DNA of 63,860 nucleotides, counting the filler, from assembly GCA_964501035.1 (NCBI GenBank). It is 4 parts of 4 records of this genome, joined end to end, with 100 filler letters (N's around TTAATTAATTAA, not from the genome) between each part and the next. Parts side by side here need not be neighbours in the genome. Positions count along the whole stretch, not along the records: positions 49,767 to 63,860 come from CAZCRK010000043.1; 3 more parts are not named here. One strand, written 5' to 3'. Made by a program: the position numbers and the translations under genes. The notes under the pieces were generated by a model, which saw only the letters and a list, made by a program, of their open reading frames with translations, did no database searches and was not told the DNA's origin. This document shows, in pieces, positions 62,781 through 63,860 of this stretch; position 1 is the stretch's first letter; each line of letters begins with the position of its first letter.

Positions 62781-62839
62781 GATTTATAATTTACCACTTC
62801 TGACTTTAGTGTGGACTTAATTAAGTTCAATCCACTTAT

Positions 62840-63004
62840 CCAATGCTTCCCGCATGCTCCCGATGAAGGAGTGCGGGCAGGTAGCGTTGGGGTGAAAAGA
62901 ACTAAGTAATAACGGGCTTTAGCCCAACTATTTACTAAATTCATATTTTCTGAAAAAGGTTTTATTCTATGATGCTCTTCTTGATTTCTAATATAATTTC
63001 GAAC
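62840..63004 (-). mobile_element. IS200/IS605-family (Y1 HUH transposase) relic with palindromic ends
   Basis: Fragment VRNYIRNQEEHHR.K.F (about 62949-63004) matches the TnpA catalytic YxxxQ helix; downstream palindromes GGGCTTTAGCCC and CCAATGCT..AGCGTTGG. Confidence 0.7.
62849..62881. repeat. 33-bp GC-rich palindromic element nested in a hairpin loop
   Basis: CCCGCATGCTCCCGATGAAGGAGTGCGGGCAGG; removing it restores CCAATGCTTTAGCGTTGG. Confidence 0.65.
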
Positions 63005-63124
63005 TGTTGGACTAAAACTCACATTTTGCTTATGTGTAAACCCTACTCTAAAGAGCAGTGTAAATATTCTTTTTTCAACCATAAAATATGAGATACCTTT
63101 TATCAATTATACTTTCACAGTAAA

Positions 63125-63153
63125 AAAAAAGCCCGGCAACGCCGGGCTTTTTT
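63125..63153 (-). terminator. Intrinsic terminator (bidirectional-capable)
   Basis: AAAAAAGCCCGGC-AAC-GCCGGGCTTTTTT just downstream of the 63171 stop. Confidence 0.88.
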
Positions 63154-63170
63154 CTGTACTTAAATAAAAT

Positions 63171-63860
63171 TTATTTAAGTAGCATTACTTTTTGTATTGC
63201 GACTTGACCTGCATATTCAGCGCGAACTAAATATACACCACTTGAAGCATCTGCTGCATTCCAAGTAAAGGAAGCATCAGTATTTTCAATACCGTTTGCC
63301 AATGTAGCAACAACTTGACCAGCTAAGTTATATACCTGAACAGATACATAGCCAGCTTCTGGTAAAGTTAGATTTACAGTTGTGCTAGGATTGAATGGGT
63401 TTGGATAAGCAGCACTTAAACCAAACTCTGTTACTTCTGATGAAGTCAATACTAGACCAGCACCATCAACAACTAATGCATCATCATTTACATTATCAAA
63501 TGTGAATGATTTAGTTTCTAATGTACCACTCATGTTGTAAATAACTGTCATTCCATTTGCTTCAGCAACGATATCGCTACCTTCAACAGTTGAAATTAAA
63601 GTACCTTCAACTTGAATACCACCAACATTAGTTACGTTGATTGTGTTATCTTTAATATAGAAAGAACCATCAGCACGAGCTGAACCGCCTAGGATGTAGT
63701 TAACAATCATTACGATATCAGATACGTTGATAGTTCCATCAGCATTATAGTCACCTGCAAGTAGTGCACATTCATCAGTAAATGGTGTAGAACCTAAGAT
63801 ATGGTTCACTATTTGAACGATATCAGATACGTTTACACTACCATCAGAGTTAACATCACC
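63171..63860 (-). CDS. Protein with a dockerin-like domain and a T9SS-like C-terminal domain, 5' part outside the window
   Basis: Frame open to the edge: GDVNSDGSVNVSDIVQIVNHIL ... GDYNADGTINVSDIV; AYPNPFNP..., SSGVYLV, QKVMLLK. Confidence 0.85.
   Translation of the reverse strand, partial: GDVNSDGSVNVSDIVQIVNHILGSTPFTDECALLAGDYNADGTINVSDIVMIVNYILGGSARADGSFYIKDNTINVTNVGGIQVEGTLISTVEGSDIVAEANGMTVIYNMSGTLETKSFTFDNVNDDALVVDGAGLVLTSSEVTEFGLSAAYPNPFNPSTTVNLTLPEAGYVSVQVYNLAGQVVATLANGIENTDASFTWNAADASSGVYLVRAEYAGQVAIQKVMLLK

Overview
AT-rich bacterial DNA whose gene content and protein style suggest an FCB-superphylum marine organism, probably Candidatus Marinimicrobia (inference, not verified). The window is not contiguous: four contigs (1-16770, 16871-33409, 33510-49666, 49767-63860) are joined by artificial 100-bp N44-TTAATTAATTAA-N44 spacers. 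Most genes are housekeeping: glnS-gltX-ispF-queA-ruvB, a GldAFG-like ABC system, carAB, an alternative complex III operon actABCDEF, ilvC, wzc and a UDP-sugar dehydrogenase, ftsK-gcvT-ruvAC-yebC, batABCDE, tatA, argF-hslUV-rpoN-lptBC-kdsC-pyrG, a CCA-adding enzyme and two tRNA-Ser. Points of interest: (1) four proteins with C-terminal-region dockerin-like repeats, a cohesin-like secreted protein and T9SS-CTD-like proteins, together suggesting a cellulosome-like surface enzyme-docking system; (2) actA appears to start at an ACG codon; (3) a probable leaderless leader-peptide attenuator upstream of carA; (4) a 14-copy 7-bp tandem repeat translated inside CarA, next to a decayed GxxExxY-type cassette; (5) an IS200-family relic in which one palindrome is interrupted by a nested 33-bp palindromic element; (6) a peroxiredoxin / split PuuD-like / cytochrome c / tRNA-Ser cluster including a tRNA with a shortened D-arm.
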